From NCBI GenBank assembly GCA_951406725.2, contig OX597818.1, forward strand, positions 496,001 to 560,000: DNA of 64,000 bases, given 5' to 3'. Of the stretch, positions 50,675-64,000 are shown in pieces. Under the pieces are notes generated by a model. It was not told the origin of the DNA and ran no database searches. It saw only the letters and a program-made list of their open reading frames with translations. Source of the stretch: Octopus vulgaris. Lineage: Eukaryota. Numbering within the stretch: position 1 is the first letter of the stretch; each line of letters opens with the position of its first letter. A program made the position numbers and the translations under genes.

Positions 50675-50760
50675 GGTAAAATCGTGTAGCAAACCAAATG
50701 GCGGTGCCCCAGCATGGCCACAGCTCATTAGCTGAAACTAGAAAAATCAAAATCAAAATC

Positions 50761-51426
50761 ATACACATACATATATATATATACATACACATACATATAT
50801 ATATATACATACACATACATATATACATACATATATATATATACATACACATACATATATATATATATACATACATATATATATATATATACATACACAT
50901 ACATATATATATACAGACACATACATATATATATACATACATATATATATACATACACATACATATATATATATATATACATACACATACATATATATAT
51001 ACATACATATATATATACATACACATACATACATATATATATATATCTATATACACATACAAATATATATGCATACACAAACACATATATATACATATAT
51101 ATATACATACATATATATATACATACACATACATATATATATATATATATATACATACACATACATATATATACATACACATACATATATATAAATACAT
51201 ACATATATACATATATATATACATATAAATACATACATATATATTTTTATATACATACATATATACATATACATACATATATACATATACATACATATAT
51301 ACATATACATACATATATACATACATATATACATATACATACATATATACATATATATATATACATACATATATACATATATATATACATATATATATAC
51401 ATACATACATATATATATATACATAC

Positions 51427-51463
<37 letters not shown>

Positions 51464-51540
51464 CATACATATACGTATATACATATATATACATATATAT
51501 ATATATACATATATATACATATATATACATATATATATAA
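50761..51540. repeat. Compound (TA)n/(CATA)n microsatellite
   Basis: Directly visible. Confidence 0.97.
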
Positions 51541-52045
51541 GCTACTGGGAAAGACTCAAGAGATTAAAACTCTATTCCTTGGAGCGTAGGCGAGAAAGAT
51601 ATGCCATAATATATATCTGGAAGATCCTGGAATGACTTGTCCCAAACTTTGGCATCGAGAGTCACACAAATGCCAGAAACGGGCGCCACTGCGTGGTACC
51701 AAGGACTCCAAATTTGCCATCAATATGTAGGACAAGATACTGTGATAGCCTGGGCTTCAGAGGCCCACAGCTCTTCAATATCCTCCCGAAGAACCTGAGG
51801 GACCTGCATGGTGTAGATGCGGATGTCTTTAAAGTAGGACTGGATCTCTTCCTGTCAGGTGTCCCGGATGAACCAACTTCACGGCAGGAGGTGCAGATGA
51901 GGGCAGCTGCATCGAACTCTCTCATGCACCAAATGGCAGTTGCTAAAAAGCATTCGTGAGGTAAAATCATGTAGCAAACCAAATGGCGGTGCCCCAGGAT
52001 GGCCACAGCTCATGAGCTGAAACTGGAAAAATCAAAATCAAAATC
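51541..52045 (+). mobile_element. Second, 5'-truncated copy (~505 bp) of the CR1/L2-group LINE 3' end
   Basis: Aligns to ~50264-50760 but keeps TGG/CGA where the long copy has TGA stops, and keeps the 9 bp deleted there. Ends (AAAATC)n. Confidence 0.93.
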
Positions 52046-52935
<890 letters not shown>

Positions 52936-53919
52936 AACACAGACAGATAGATAGGTATGTCCATGTGTATAGACATTTACACAAGTACACACATTTTTGT
53001 ATGACAGGCTCAGGCTAGGGATTCTTATCTACTGCAGCAGGGAAACTTCCTACACCAGTTGGGAATAAAAGGAGACGGTGGGGGGGGACTACTAGCGAGA
53101 GGATGGGAGGGGGCAGTTAAACATGCTGGATGCATGCAAAGGGAAGGAATAACACATGGGGGGGGGGGGCGACATAATACTGGTAAGACATATAGTGAGT
53201 CTAGTAAAACATGTCAGGATGATTGGGGAAGGAAAAGATGGAGAAGATGTAATAAAAGAGTGAAAACTAACCAAAATGACAGCACATAAGATATCTGGAG
53301 ATTTAGGTAATGAGGAGTGAGAAATTTCATCATCTCATAGATTTTTAGAGGGTAACTTTATACTTACTACAGCTACCTAGTTTAGGGCTGGACTAATTAT
53401 GTATTTACTGTAGCTATAACTCACCAGGTTAGGGCCAGACTAATATTTCTTTCACTTTGTATTATTACCTGAAATGTTGAAGCAGCTATCTGACTCATTA
53501 TAAAGGTATGTGACCAAGTGGTTAGGGTGTTAAACTCAAAATCATAAGGATGTGAGTTCCATTTCTTGACCAGGCAGCGTAATGTGGCCTTGAGCAAAGC
53601 ACTTCATTTCATGTTGTTTTCACTGAGAAGCCGACAGCATCTACTCTCTGTTGAACAGCTACAATCTGAAACATTAGCTCTTCCCCTTCTTATTCTAATC
53701 AAGCTTATTGCCATTCGATTAACTCCACCTTCAATAAGAATCCACAATCTATTGTAAATCGAACTGTCTCTGAGTGCATTGACAGAATTGGTAGAACAAG
53801 GGATCAAATTCCTATTTGTCTTTGATTTTCACAAGGTTCTGACTTCAATTTTTATCCTTCAAGACTAGTCCTATATTGGTGTCAATTAAAACAGACTCTT
53901 TGTTTCCATCTTTGCCTGT

Positions 53920-54780
53920 GTGCCGCCAGAATTGTTGGCACATTGAACAAAATGCTTAGCAGATTTTGTCCAGCTCTTTAAGTTCTGAGTTCAAATGCCA
54001 CCAAGGTCAACTTTACCTTTCAGCCTTGCAACGGTTAATAAAATAAAGTATTGATCAAGTTCTGGGATTGATGTAAATACCTAAAAATTGATGACTTATG
54101 TGCTAAAATTTGAAGCAATTACTACTCTCTTTACTCTTTTACTTGTTTCAGTCATTTGACTGCGGCCATGCTGGGACACCACCTTTTAATCGAGCAACTC
54201 GACCCCGGGACTTATTCTTTTGTAAGCCCAGTACTTATTCTATCAGTCTCTTTTGCCGAACCGCTAAGTAACGGGGACATAAACACACCAGCATTTGTTA
54301 TCAAGCAATGCTAGGGGGACAAACACAGACACACAAACATACACACGCATATATATATATACATATATATGATGGGCTTCTTTCAGTTTCCGTCTACCAA
54401 ATCCACTCACAAGGCTTTGGTCGGCCCAAGGCTATAGTAGAAGACACTTGCCCAAGGTGCCACGCAGTGGGACTGAACCCGGAACCATGTGGTTGGTAAA
54501 CAAGCTACTTACCACACAGCCACTCCTGCGCCTACTATTATTCTTATCATTATTATTATCATTATCATTTTGAGCAGAGAGAATTGTTACAGCATTGGAA
54601 TAAATACCTTGCAGTATTTCTTTTGGCTTGTCTTCAAATGCTATTGCAGTTAACTTTGCGTTTCATCTCCCCAGGGTCAATAAAATAAAGTACCAGTGAA
54701 GTATTGGGGATGGTGGGACAATGTAATTGACTTATCCCCTCTCCTGGAAATTGCAGGCTTTGTGCCTGATTCATAAACAG
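53920..54780 (+). mobile_element. Two degenerate Deu/Nin-like SINE copies (~53920-54120 and ~54570-54780) flanking the CORE-SINE
   Basis: GAATTGTT...GAGTTCAAATGCCACCAAGGTCAACTTTACCTTTC and TTTCATC...GGGTCAATAAAATAAAGTACCAG motifs. Confidence 0.7.
54124..54533 (-). mobile_element. Full-length young CORE-type tRNA-derived SINE
   Basis: Minus strand: GGCGCAGGAGTGGCTGTGTGGTAAG (A box)...GGTTCAGTCCC (B box), CORE-like GCACCTTGGGCAAGTGTCTTCTACTATAGCC, internal (AT)/(GT) tract, LINE-like tail CAGCATGGCCGCAGTCAAATGACTGAAACAAGTAAAAGAGTA. Confidence 0.88.
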
Positions 54781-56529
54781 TTGTAGTAGTGGTGGTGGTT
54801 GTATCAAGCAACACAATATAGCAATGTATTTTAGTTTCTTCCTCCATGGTCCGGAGTTCACATCCACCAATAATAGGAATATTTTTCATATACTGGATAG
54901 GGTGGAGTAAATTAACTACACCATTCTGAGCATGTGGTATCAAGTTCTTCGAAATTATTATTTTGTGGGTGGAACTGTAATTAGGAAGACAAAATCTACA
55001 GGAATCTGGTCGCTTCTTTTATCTTTTACTTGTTCCAATCATTGGAATGTGGCCATGCTGGGACACCACTTTTAATAGTTTTAATTAAACAAATTGACCC
55101 AAGTACATTTGTCCTTTTTTAAGACTCAAGTTTACCAGGTTCAAGTTTATTCAATATTCAGAATTCCTAGTTATCTATCAGTGTCAAATATAAACATCCA
55201 AATAAGGTCAAAATGATAATGTCTGTTGATATACAGATATTAAATGGGTGTTAATACACACACACACACAGGTTCTCTTCTATTTCCTAAGTGAAATATA
55301 ACTGTTGTCATAAAAATGCTGGTTCCTTCAAATGATGATGTATTTAATCTGTTAAAATAGCAAACCCCTTTTTGAAATTGTATGTTACCATGGAAACGTT
55401 TTTCTTCTTCACTGTTTCCTTTCCTCTCCCCATGCTATCATCTCCTCCCCACTACAACTTCCTCTTGAATTCCCTCCTCCTTATAAAGAACTGAATCCTT
55501 CCACTACCTCCAACACCCACATGTTGAGACTCAAAATTCTTCTTACAGAACAGATTTATTTTTACTTATTTCTTACTTTCTGCTTTAAGATATTCCATGA
55601 AACAGAACTAACTCCTTTTCAGTTAAAAGAACATCTTATTTAACATTTCAAATAAATGGAGATTTCGGTAAAGTTTTAGGGTTAAATGTAAGAAAACCAA
55701 GAAAACATAATTCTAAAAAATAAATTATATAATAAAAATTTAAAAAAAAGACTATCCTTATGGTTGGTTTTGCAAACTTTTGCTCTCAACTATTACAGGA
55801 TTTGTCTAATATTTTGAGTTAATTACTAAATTTCTAGAAATATTAGAATTGTTCCACCTCAAGACTGTTGTAGGGGAACCAAATCTGCGATGTGAATCAA
55901 GTATACAACAGCCTAATTACAAGATCACATTGAAACTAATTCACTTTGTTTAATGTCCCTGGAGAAGAGTGTCAAAGTCATACCCCATTTCTTGGAGATT
56001 AATAGATTTTCACAAAGAAATCATTATGTAATTATGTAATTACTTAATTACAATAACAATAACTACTGCTGCTGCTGCTGCTAGAGCTAACTAAAAGTGA
56101 AATCTCTAAATAACTAATGGAACTGCTAGAAATAGCAACCAAATCTCCCTACCATCTCAAAAAATATATAGTTTCTTTACATTCTGAGTTCAGATTCCAT
56201 TGGAATTCACTTTGCCTTTCAACTATAACACATCAATACAATAAGGAGTTGGGGGTGGGGGTGCCTTCAGTTTTGCAGGTTACAAGACAACTTCACTAGT
56301 GCTGGTACCAAAGGGACAAAAAAGGACCCAGTACATGCTGTAAAGTGTTTGTTGTTAGGAAGGGTGCCCAGCTGTGGAAACCATGCCAAAGCAGACACTG
56401 GAGCACAATGCAGTTCTCTTACTCATCATATTCTGTTGAACAATCCAACTTCTGTCAGTATGGAAGACAGGCATTAAATGATGATGATAATGATGGAAAT
56501 GTATTTAACTGACTAAACTGAGAAAAGAA

Positions 56530-57023
56530 AAAATGAGTGTCCTTTTGTACAACAAATTGAACAACATTTTTCATTGAATTGGAATACAAAGTGGTGGAGT
56601 ATTCCACAGTTATATGTGCCCTTTACAAAAGACTCATCATGACACAGTGGGTGACAAAGCTGTACCCTTGAATTACAGGTTCAGTCCATCTGACAGGCTT
56701 CCCTATAGCTTCCGTCTACCTAGTTTTACTCAAAAGGCTAAAGAAAATTCAAATCTCTTTTTGAAGGTCATCACTGGTGATGAAAGCTGGTCCTACAGAA
56801 TTTGCAGATGTGGAAGAGGTGAAGAAAAAAAAAAGACAGAGGCATTAAAAGGCATCACTTCACAAGAGTTCCAGCACTGTTTTGAACAGTGCAAAACATT
56901 TACTAGACCAATGCATTGCTTCAAATGCAGAGTACTTTGAAGGCGATAAAAATGTAAACATGTAAAACTAAGTGTATAAAATAACATTACAAAATTCCAA
57001 TTTCATTTGGGTAGTTTCTCGTA
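56530..57023 (+). mobile_element. Internally deleted mariner (DD34D-type) transposon relic
   Basis: FLKVITGDESWSY (first catalytic D) joined to C-terminal LKGITSQEFQHCFEQ and, in another frame, CIASNAEYFEGD. Ends ...TTTCTCG|TA. Confidence 0.75.
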
Positions 57024-57024
57024 A

Positions 57025-57140
57025 ATTAGTATCTACTATTATATAGATAGTACCTCCGGTTACATAGTGTCTACTAATATGTAAATAGTATCTACTTCTA
57101 TATAGATAATATCCACTGTTATATAGATAGTATCTACTGT
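57025..57140. repeat. Degenerate ~21-bp minisatellite (ATATAGATAGTATCTACT core)
   Basis: About 5 imperfect copies. Confidence 0.7.
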
Positions 57141-58120
57141 TCACTGTATTTTAATTTTTCACAAGTTTCACTCATCACAGTGCAGTCTTACTTGAGCACA
57201 ATCGTCAAAGATTTTCAGAGATTTAACTCTATTATTTCTCCCTTAGTACTTTATCTTATTTATGTTACCAGTCTCAGAGGCAGACAAAATATGAAGTCAA
57301 CCAGGTCCATCAATATTTTGCTATATCCCACCAACACAACATACTGCATATGTATCCATACCCTGTGTATCTCAGTTTTTACAATAAATATGCTACATCC
57401 TGGTATGTGAGAGACAACAAAATTGGTTGGCATCAATAAGAGCATCTAGCCACAACGCACTACCTCAACCCATGAAAGCATGGTAAAGCAGATGTAAAAA
57501 TGATGATGACAAAGATGACAAGGACACAGGCATAACAGGCTTCTGCACAGTTTATGCCTCTCCTATTTCACCAACAAGGATGTGATGGTAAAAAATACAT
57601 TGCCAAATTACCACCCATTGAGATGAAATCAGGGAATTATGATGTTGCAAAATAAAGTTCTTAAACAGCCAACCTATGTCTAATTTAGAAATTACCTGCA
57701 GCTGTATAAAACATGAAACTAATCAAAAGATTAAGTTTATGTACAAGAGATGGGGGAATCTTTTGATGTCAGGTTACATTTGGCTTTGATGAACTGTGTT
57801 TACGATAATAAACAAAACAAGATGTGAATTTCTTTCCAAAATTAACCAAACTATTATAAGTAAATAAGTAATGTTGTTGTTTTTGCTATTTAGCCCTAGG
57901 TCAGGTCTAATTCAACCATCAGCAGACAATCCTTTTTTTCTTCTTCAGACATTGTACTTCTTGAGATACACTGTCAAATGTGTCTGTCACTTTAAGGTGG
58001 TAGGCAATTTGCAGGGAATCTGGTTGGCTGTTATTGTTGTTTAGCACAAATGCAACCTTGGTCAAGTACACATATGATCAAAGACATTTTTGTTATGCCT
58101 ACTGCATACTTTATCTAATA

Positions 58121-58628
58121 CTAGCAGTATCGCCCGGCGTTGCTCGGGTTTGTAAGGGAAATAACTATATAAGCATTTTTAGAGAGTTACTTCCCTTATA
58201 GATGCCAATTCGGGCTTTCTTAGCCATTTCTGTTTTGGTGTCTTCAAGCCATGAAGTCGTTGTTCTAAAAGAACGCTGGTCTCCTTGACAACGCTTTACG
58301 ACGTTGATTTCCTTACACTCCCTTCCCCACAGCTTCACGAGGGAGGGAAGAAGGGAGAGAAGCAAACAGGTGCAGGTGTGACCATGGACGCCAACTCCGC
58401 CGCCATCGACACACGAAAAATTATGCATTAAAATGGAATAAAAAATTATGTTAAATTATTTTTAAAATCGTAGACTCATCGTAGACGCGCGCTAATACTC
58501 AGACTTGCTTGATATGAATCATGACTATAAGATACCCGATTTTGGTTAAACTGCACCGCAAAATGTGGGAGTAGTTAGGAATCTAAATCGAAGGGGACAG
58601 ACACACACACAACTACAGTTTTATATAT
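58121..58628 (-). mobile_element. Non-autonomous Helitron-like element
   Basis: Minus strand ends with a GC hairpin CCCGAGCAACGCCGGG followed by CGATACTG-CTAG|T, the canonical Helitron 3' terminus. CpG-rich; interrupts an older repeat. The 5' TC is not visible. Confidence 0.75.
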
Positions 58629-59359
58629 CTAATATATATCCTGTCTTTTGTGAAGACAGTTGTGTACTGAAGGTGATTTAGCTTCTATTTCTAGCAGGTA
58701 GAGGAACCACAGCAAAGTCTCTTTCATCGATATATATATATATAATGAATAAGCGGGTATAGATTATCCAGGCAGGTATCATTTGAGCACTCAATTATAA
58801 TCCGGGTTGTGACTAACAATGGGTATATACGGGGTTTGCTTCGCAAGATTATAAATATTTTACCAAGTGTATATCTAAGACAATTACAATGAATATGGAG
58901 ATTAATACATCTGCATATTCTTTTATTTCTATAGTCAATTATACAACATATTTGCTTTAAATTTATCTGACAGATTTCTGCTGCATAGACATCTAACAAT
59001 TGCATATGCATCTAGTTACTTTCAACTGATTATTTATGCAACTTTAACCAAGGTCCATCCACTGATATGGTTCAAAATGAAGTGTATGTAGGCTTAGCTA
59101 GCATTATTTTCTTAGGTTACTATAGTTTTTGAGTGCAAAGAATGTGAGAGAAGGATTTGGAATCCTGAATGGCTATAAAAACTGCTATGAGGTTGACCTT
59201 ATCCTGACCCTAGGTTTGAAATTCAAATTGAGACTACTAGATCTTTTAATTCAAAGTATTTTTTTAAAAAAACCTGAGCCTTACTTGGATTATGAATTAG
59301 TGATCTTCAGATATTGTGTATAATTATTGGTTACTAAACCAGACATAATTAAATATTGA

Positions 59360-62300
59360 GGTACACCGGATATCCCTTCTCCCACCACCATTAACTGTGT
59401 CTATTCTCCCAACCCCTCCGCAACACTGGGCTGTTCTCTACATATTACAGGACAAATGCAACCAGCTCAGCTGCTCATCCACCCACTTAACCTGCTATCT
59501 TATGTTTCATTCTGTCTAGAAATTTGTCACCATCACAACCAGATATCTCTTCTCCCAATTCCCCCTCCTCACTGGTGCTGTTCTCTATATTACCTACACT
59601 CTCTCTTTCTCTATCTCTCTACTGAGACAGACACAACCAGGTTATCTGCCCACCTACTTAACCAGCTATCTTTCGTTTCATTTTCATTCTGTCTAGAAAC
59701 TTGCCAACAACTACCCAGGAAATTTCCTTGGCCTTATCAAGTGAAGGAGAATGCTATTCAGCTGTTCATGTGTGGGTGCTTTTGTGTGTGTGTAGGAATC
59801 AGCTTGTTTCCTCTCTCTCTGTCTGAACCCTTCCCCGTTGGTGGTACCCTACATTATACCTGCAATCCTCATCTTCCTGGACAAACGCAACCAGTTTTAA
59901 CTGTCTCCCTCCTAACCTAACACTGACTGGAATATCCATATTTCTGCTACACCACTTAAATTTACATCATTCGATGACTATAATGCTTATACTTACAATG
60001 CTGCTAACATCGGCTTCTACCTCCAGTAGGGGCAACAATCTTAACACACTTGAATGTTGTCACGTCAGAAGAGAGAACAAATGAAGCATGCCTAAAAAAT
60101 GAACACCACGACAACCTCACTCATCTTTTCAGGCGCTGAATAACATCTCTCCTTTCCAAACCTCACCCCACATTCCCTTCCCAGTTTTCAGAGTTGACAG
60201 TGTCAATGTTGGCACACTGAAAGGTAGGTCTAGTGAGATTGTAGAGATGCTTGAAAGGAGACGGGCTGATGTATGCTGCATAGAAGAGGTAAAATGGAGA
60301 AGAGCTTCAGCTAGGGTCCTCGCAGGCAAGGCACATAGGTATAAAGTTTTCTGGCAAGGTAACATGGATGGTGTAGGAGGTTTAGGCATACTCCTTGCGG
60401 AGAAATGGGTGGATAAAGTCATAGAGGTTGTTAGGGTATGCAATAGAATGCTTAAGCTCAGGCTAGTCCTGCAGAACAGCACAGCTACAATTATCTCCAG
60501 CTATGCCCCACATGCAGGGCTACCAAATGATCAAAAGGACCACTTTTATGAAACCCTTTTACAGGCTACCTCAAAGACATGTGGCAATGATCTCATTTTT
60601 GTGACTGGAGATTTTAATGGGCATGTGGGGCAGGAATCTGGTATCTTCACTGGGGTACACGGGAGCCATGGCATTGATGCCCGGAACAATGAGGGAACTA
60701 GGCTACTGGATTTCTGTGATGCATGTAACCTTTTAATCTACAACACTAATTTCAGGAAGCCAGATAGCCACCTGATAACCTATCAATCAGGGGACTCTGC
60801 TATCCAGATTGATTTCATCCTCACCAGACAGCGGGACACAGGGTTGCTCTTAAATGCAGAGACCCTCCCGGGTAAAGAATGTACCCCCCAGCATAGGCTA
60901 GTCATTAGTGACTTTAGGCTCAAGGCCAGAAGGATACCAAGAAGCAGACCAATCCAAATAAAAAGGATTTGGAAGCTAAAGAACCCTTCACATGGTCAGA
61001 GATTTGGGGACATCTTCATCAAAAAATTTGATGAGAGGGAGGAGTAGCTACAGACATCAGACATAGAAGGTAGCTGGAAATTCCTACAGGACAGTTTGCT
61101 GAATGCCACAGACAAAGTCTGCGGATGGTGCAAAGTCCCTTCCAGACCTTGAGTTACATGGTGGTGGAATAGTACAGTAGACAAAGCCATCAGAGCAAAG
61201 AAACAGGCCTGGAAGGGTGGGGGTAGCAGGGAACTGTATCAGGTAGCCAAAAGGGAGGCTGGGAGGCAAGTATACATAAGAAAAGAAGATGTTTGGCAAT
61301 GTCCAGCAACATGAGGACCAAAGAACTGAAGTATTTCGGATTGCAAGACAGCGTGTGAGAGAAAATTGTGACGTTACAGGATAGAAATGTGTCTGCATGG
61401 ATGATGGTGCAGTTGCTTTTAATGATTCTGAAAAGAAAGAGGCTTGGAGGAGCCATTATGAAAGACTGCTGAACGAAGAGAATGAATGGGAGGTGGAGAG
61501 CCTGCCAAATGTTGACCCACTAGAGGGACCAGCTATCCAAATAGACAGCTCACTGGTAGATAAAGCAATTAAGGATATGAAGCCAAGAAAAGCCCTCAGC
61601 CCATCAGGAATCACTGCTGAGATGCTTAAAACATCTGGTGGTGTGGGCTATGGCCTAGTCACCCGCATTGTAAACCAGGTAGTTCACGATAGAGTCATAC
61701 CCAATGACTGGTATAGCAGTACCATAGTCAACTGCTACAAGGGTAAAGGTGATGCTCTAGATAGAAATAACTACAGGGGTAACAAACTGCTGGATCAGGT
61801 GATGAAGATCACAGAGAGGGTGATAGCCCATCTCATTAGGGAGAGAGTCTGCTTAGATGAGATGCAGTTCGGTTTTGTGCCAGGTAGAAGCACCACTGAT
61901 GCCATATTCCTGGTTCAACAACTGCAGGAGAAATACTTAGCTAAAGATAAACCCCTATACTTAGCTTTTGTGGACTTGGAGAAAGCTTTTAACAGGGTCC
62001 ACCAATCCCTTATCTGGGAATCGATGCAGAAACTGGAGATTGACGAATGGTTAATAAGGGCTGTACAGGCCCTATACAGAGAGGCCATTAGTAAGGTTAG
62101 GATTGGCAATGAGTATAATGAAGAATTCCAGGTAGAAGTAGGTGGGGGTGGATGCTCAGAGAGTGTTACCACTAGAATAAGAATAGCCTGGGCAAAGTTT
62201 AGAAAGCTTCTACTCCTACTGGTGACAAAGGGTCTCTCGCTCAGAGTGAAAGGTAGATTGTACGACGCATGTGTGCGAACTGCCAAGCTTCACGGCAGTG

Positions 62301-63014
62301 AAACATGGGCTGTGACTGCAGGGGACATGCATAGGCTTGAAAGAAATGAAGCTAGCATGATCTGCTGGATGTGTAATGTCAGTGTGCATACACGACAGAG
62401 TTGTAAGCGCCCTGAGAGAAGTGTTGGATATATGAAGCATCAGATGTGGCGTGCAAGAGAGACGTTGCACTGGTATGGTCATGTATATGGATGGATGAAG
62501 TGTGATGAAGTGCAACTCCCAAACAGTTGAAGGAATCCGGGGTAGAGGTAGACCCAGGAAGACATGAGATGAGATGATGAAAGACCGAGACCTTTGGAGA
62601 TATGCTGTGACTGAGAAGACCCGACAAATAAAGTGAGTTCACAGCTGTATCTTACACCAGTTTCGCATAACCAGCCTCAGCCCATTCAAAAGTACTTTGG
62701 ATGGTAGAGCAACCTGCTCTGCTTTGATCGTAGGGTGACCTGCTGTGCTGGAGGGGACCCAATGAGTCAAGTACATCAACATCAAAATAAAAATCAAATG
62801 GAAATTGTAGTTGTGATACCCATGCCGATGGCATGTAAAAAGCACCCACTACACTCACAGAGTGGTTGGCATTAGGAATGGCATCAAGCTGTAGAAACAC
62901 TACCAGATCAGACTGGATCCTGGTGCAGCCTCCTGACTTCCCAGACCCCAGTCAAACCATCCAACTCATGCTAGCATGGAAAACGGACGTTAAACAATGA
63001 TGATGATGATGATG

Positions 63015-63016
<2 letters not shown>
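59360..63016 (+). mobile_element. RTE-clade LINE, near full extent, with stops and an internal deletion of the RT core
   Basis: C-rich 5' UTR (~59360-60130). Endonuclease NVGTLKGR..DVCCIEE..YAP..GDFNGHVG..QIDFIL..CTPQH; RT N-terminal YKGKGDALDRNNYRG..QFGFVPGRSTTDAIF..FVDLEKAF; C-terminal HGSETWA; 3' UTR and (GAT)n tail. Confidence 0.93.
60130..62580 (+). pseudogene. RTE endonuclease-RT ORF, disrupted
   Basis: Track ORFs 60247-61047 and 61397-62530; stops at ~61047 and ~61150; QG..SP and YADD motifs absent. Confidence 0.9.
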
Positions 63017-63050
<34 letters not shown>

Positions 63051-64000
63051 CCAATTAATACATAAAGTTATAGATAGGTAGGGCTGTTGCAAGCGTGTAG
63101 AAGTTTCAATGTTAATCCTCTGGTCATTCAGTATCTGCCCAGGTTACATCTTCAGGCTACTCAGGGTGCCACTGTGTGACTGTTAAACCTGAAATAGCAG
63201 ACAATCCCACCCCCCTTCAAAATCTCAATCTACTGAATTATAAAAATGTAATGACAATGTAGTCTTGCATACACTTAAAAAAGACATGGTAGTCATAGCA
63301 ATGTCTTTATTCAGGAGTTTGCTTAATGCAAGACTAAGAGAGTGCAGAGATGGTAGGGTTATCAATAATATCCCTTCTCTCTGTTACCCATCATCACTTT
63401 AAGTGATCTCCTCCCCCATCCAGAATATCAGTAATAAAACTTTTTTTCTTACATATCTCCATTCTCTCACCCTCTACTTGTCTTTCACTTATCTATACCT
63501 CTTAACCATCTATACCACTCTCTTTTTCTCTCTCTGTCTTGTCTCCCTTACCCTCTGCCCTCTCTCTCTGTTATTCTCCCCCCTCATCCATCTATCCATA
63601 CACTAACCAGGTCAAGAAAACAACAAAAATATATTCACATCAAAACAAAAACTCCAATTTTTTTTGTATTGGTATTTTGGCAAGAAAATAAGAAACCTTA
63701 ATAAAGACAGAAGAGGGAGACCTTTCTAGAGCCCTTAAGACATTGGAGGAGAAGATAAGATTAAATATAAATATCAAAGCAAGATGGGGAGGAGTAAACC
63801 CTTAAGGACCAGAAGAAAAAAAACTAAAAGAAAAAAAAAGCAAGATTAAACTAACAAAGTTGGCAGTTGGAGGGAAGGGTATTCTTAATTAGGTGTTGTA
63901 AGGAAACTGATGTTGTAAGTAACACACACAAACAAAATTTGTCTAAGGGTGGTATTGCTATATATCTTCTGTCCATAAAACTCCACAACTTTGGTACTTC

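Larger units (their letters stand above)
47107..50760 (+). mobile_element. CR1/L2-group (Jockey superclade) LINE, 5'-truncated within ORF1, inactivated
   Basis: ORF1 remnant, AP endonuclease (NIRGL, LTETHL, YRP, GDFNLP, LDL, SDH), RT (QHGFR, YLDFAKAFD, GVPQGTVLGPLLF, YADD, DLG), 3' stem-loop and (AAAATC)n tail. Confidence 0.95.

Noticed and set aside
58735-59035. Possible Penelope-like terminal fragment with GAAATCTGTCAGAT on the minus strand
   Set aside because: No CUGANGA core can be found; too degenerate to support.

Overview
AT-rich, repeat-dense eukaryotic DNA. The repeat content (tRNA-derived SINEs, RTE and CR1/L2-group LINEs, very long TA/CATA microsatellites) resembles an Octopus (cephalopod) genome; this is an inference from repeat content only. 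The one host coding exon I can support is a 121-nt minus-strand exon (8237-8357) encoding the start of the FHA domain of a PHLDB1/LL5-like protein. A candidate 12-nt in-frame microexon lies 2.2 kb upstream of it (10539-10550). The rest is intronic or intergenic and full of mobile DNA: a decayed Mutator (MULE) element with tandem-repeat TIRs, two RTE LINEs that both lack the RT catalytic core, and a long CR1/L2-group LINE with a CCCH-finger ORF1 plus two sibling fragments, all next to TA microsatellites. There are also a TTAA piggyBac-like MITE, a Helitron-like element, a mariner relic and many SINEs. Most notable: (i) a perfect 124-bp palindrome carrying a type I hammerhead-ribozyme motif on both strands, within a cluster of Penelope-like hairpins at 34-35 kb; (ii) a young ~156-bp satellite with dimeric higher-order structure that appears to have arisen inside a non-coding RTE derivative; (iii) a 3' tail shared by a SINE and a LINE, with a covarying stem-loop. 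Most ORFs in the supplied track (Y/I/H/M-rich) are microsatellite artefacts. Repeat boundaries were read by eye and are approximate unless stated.
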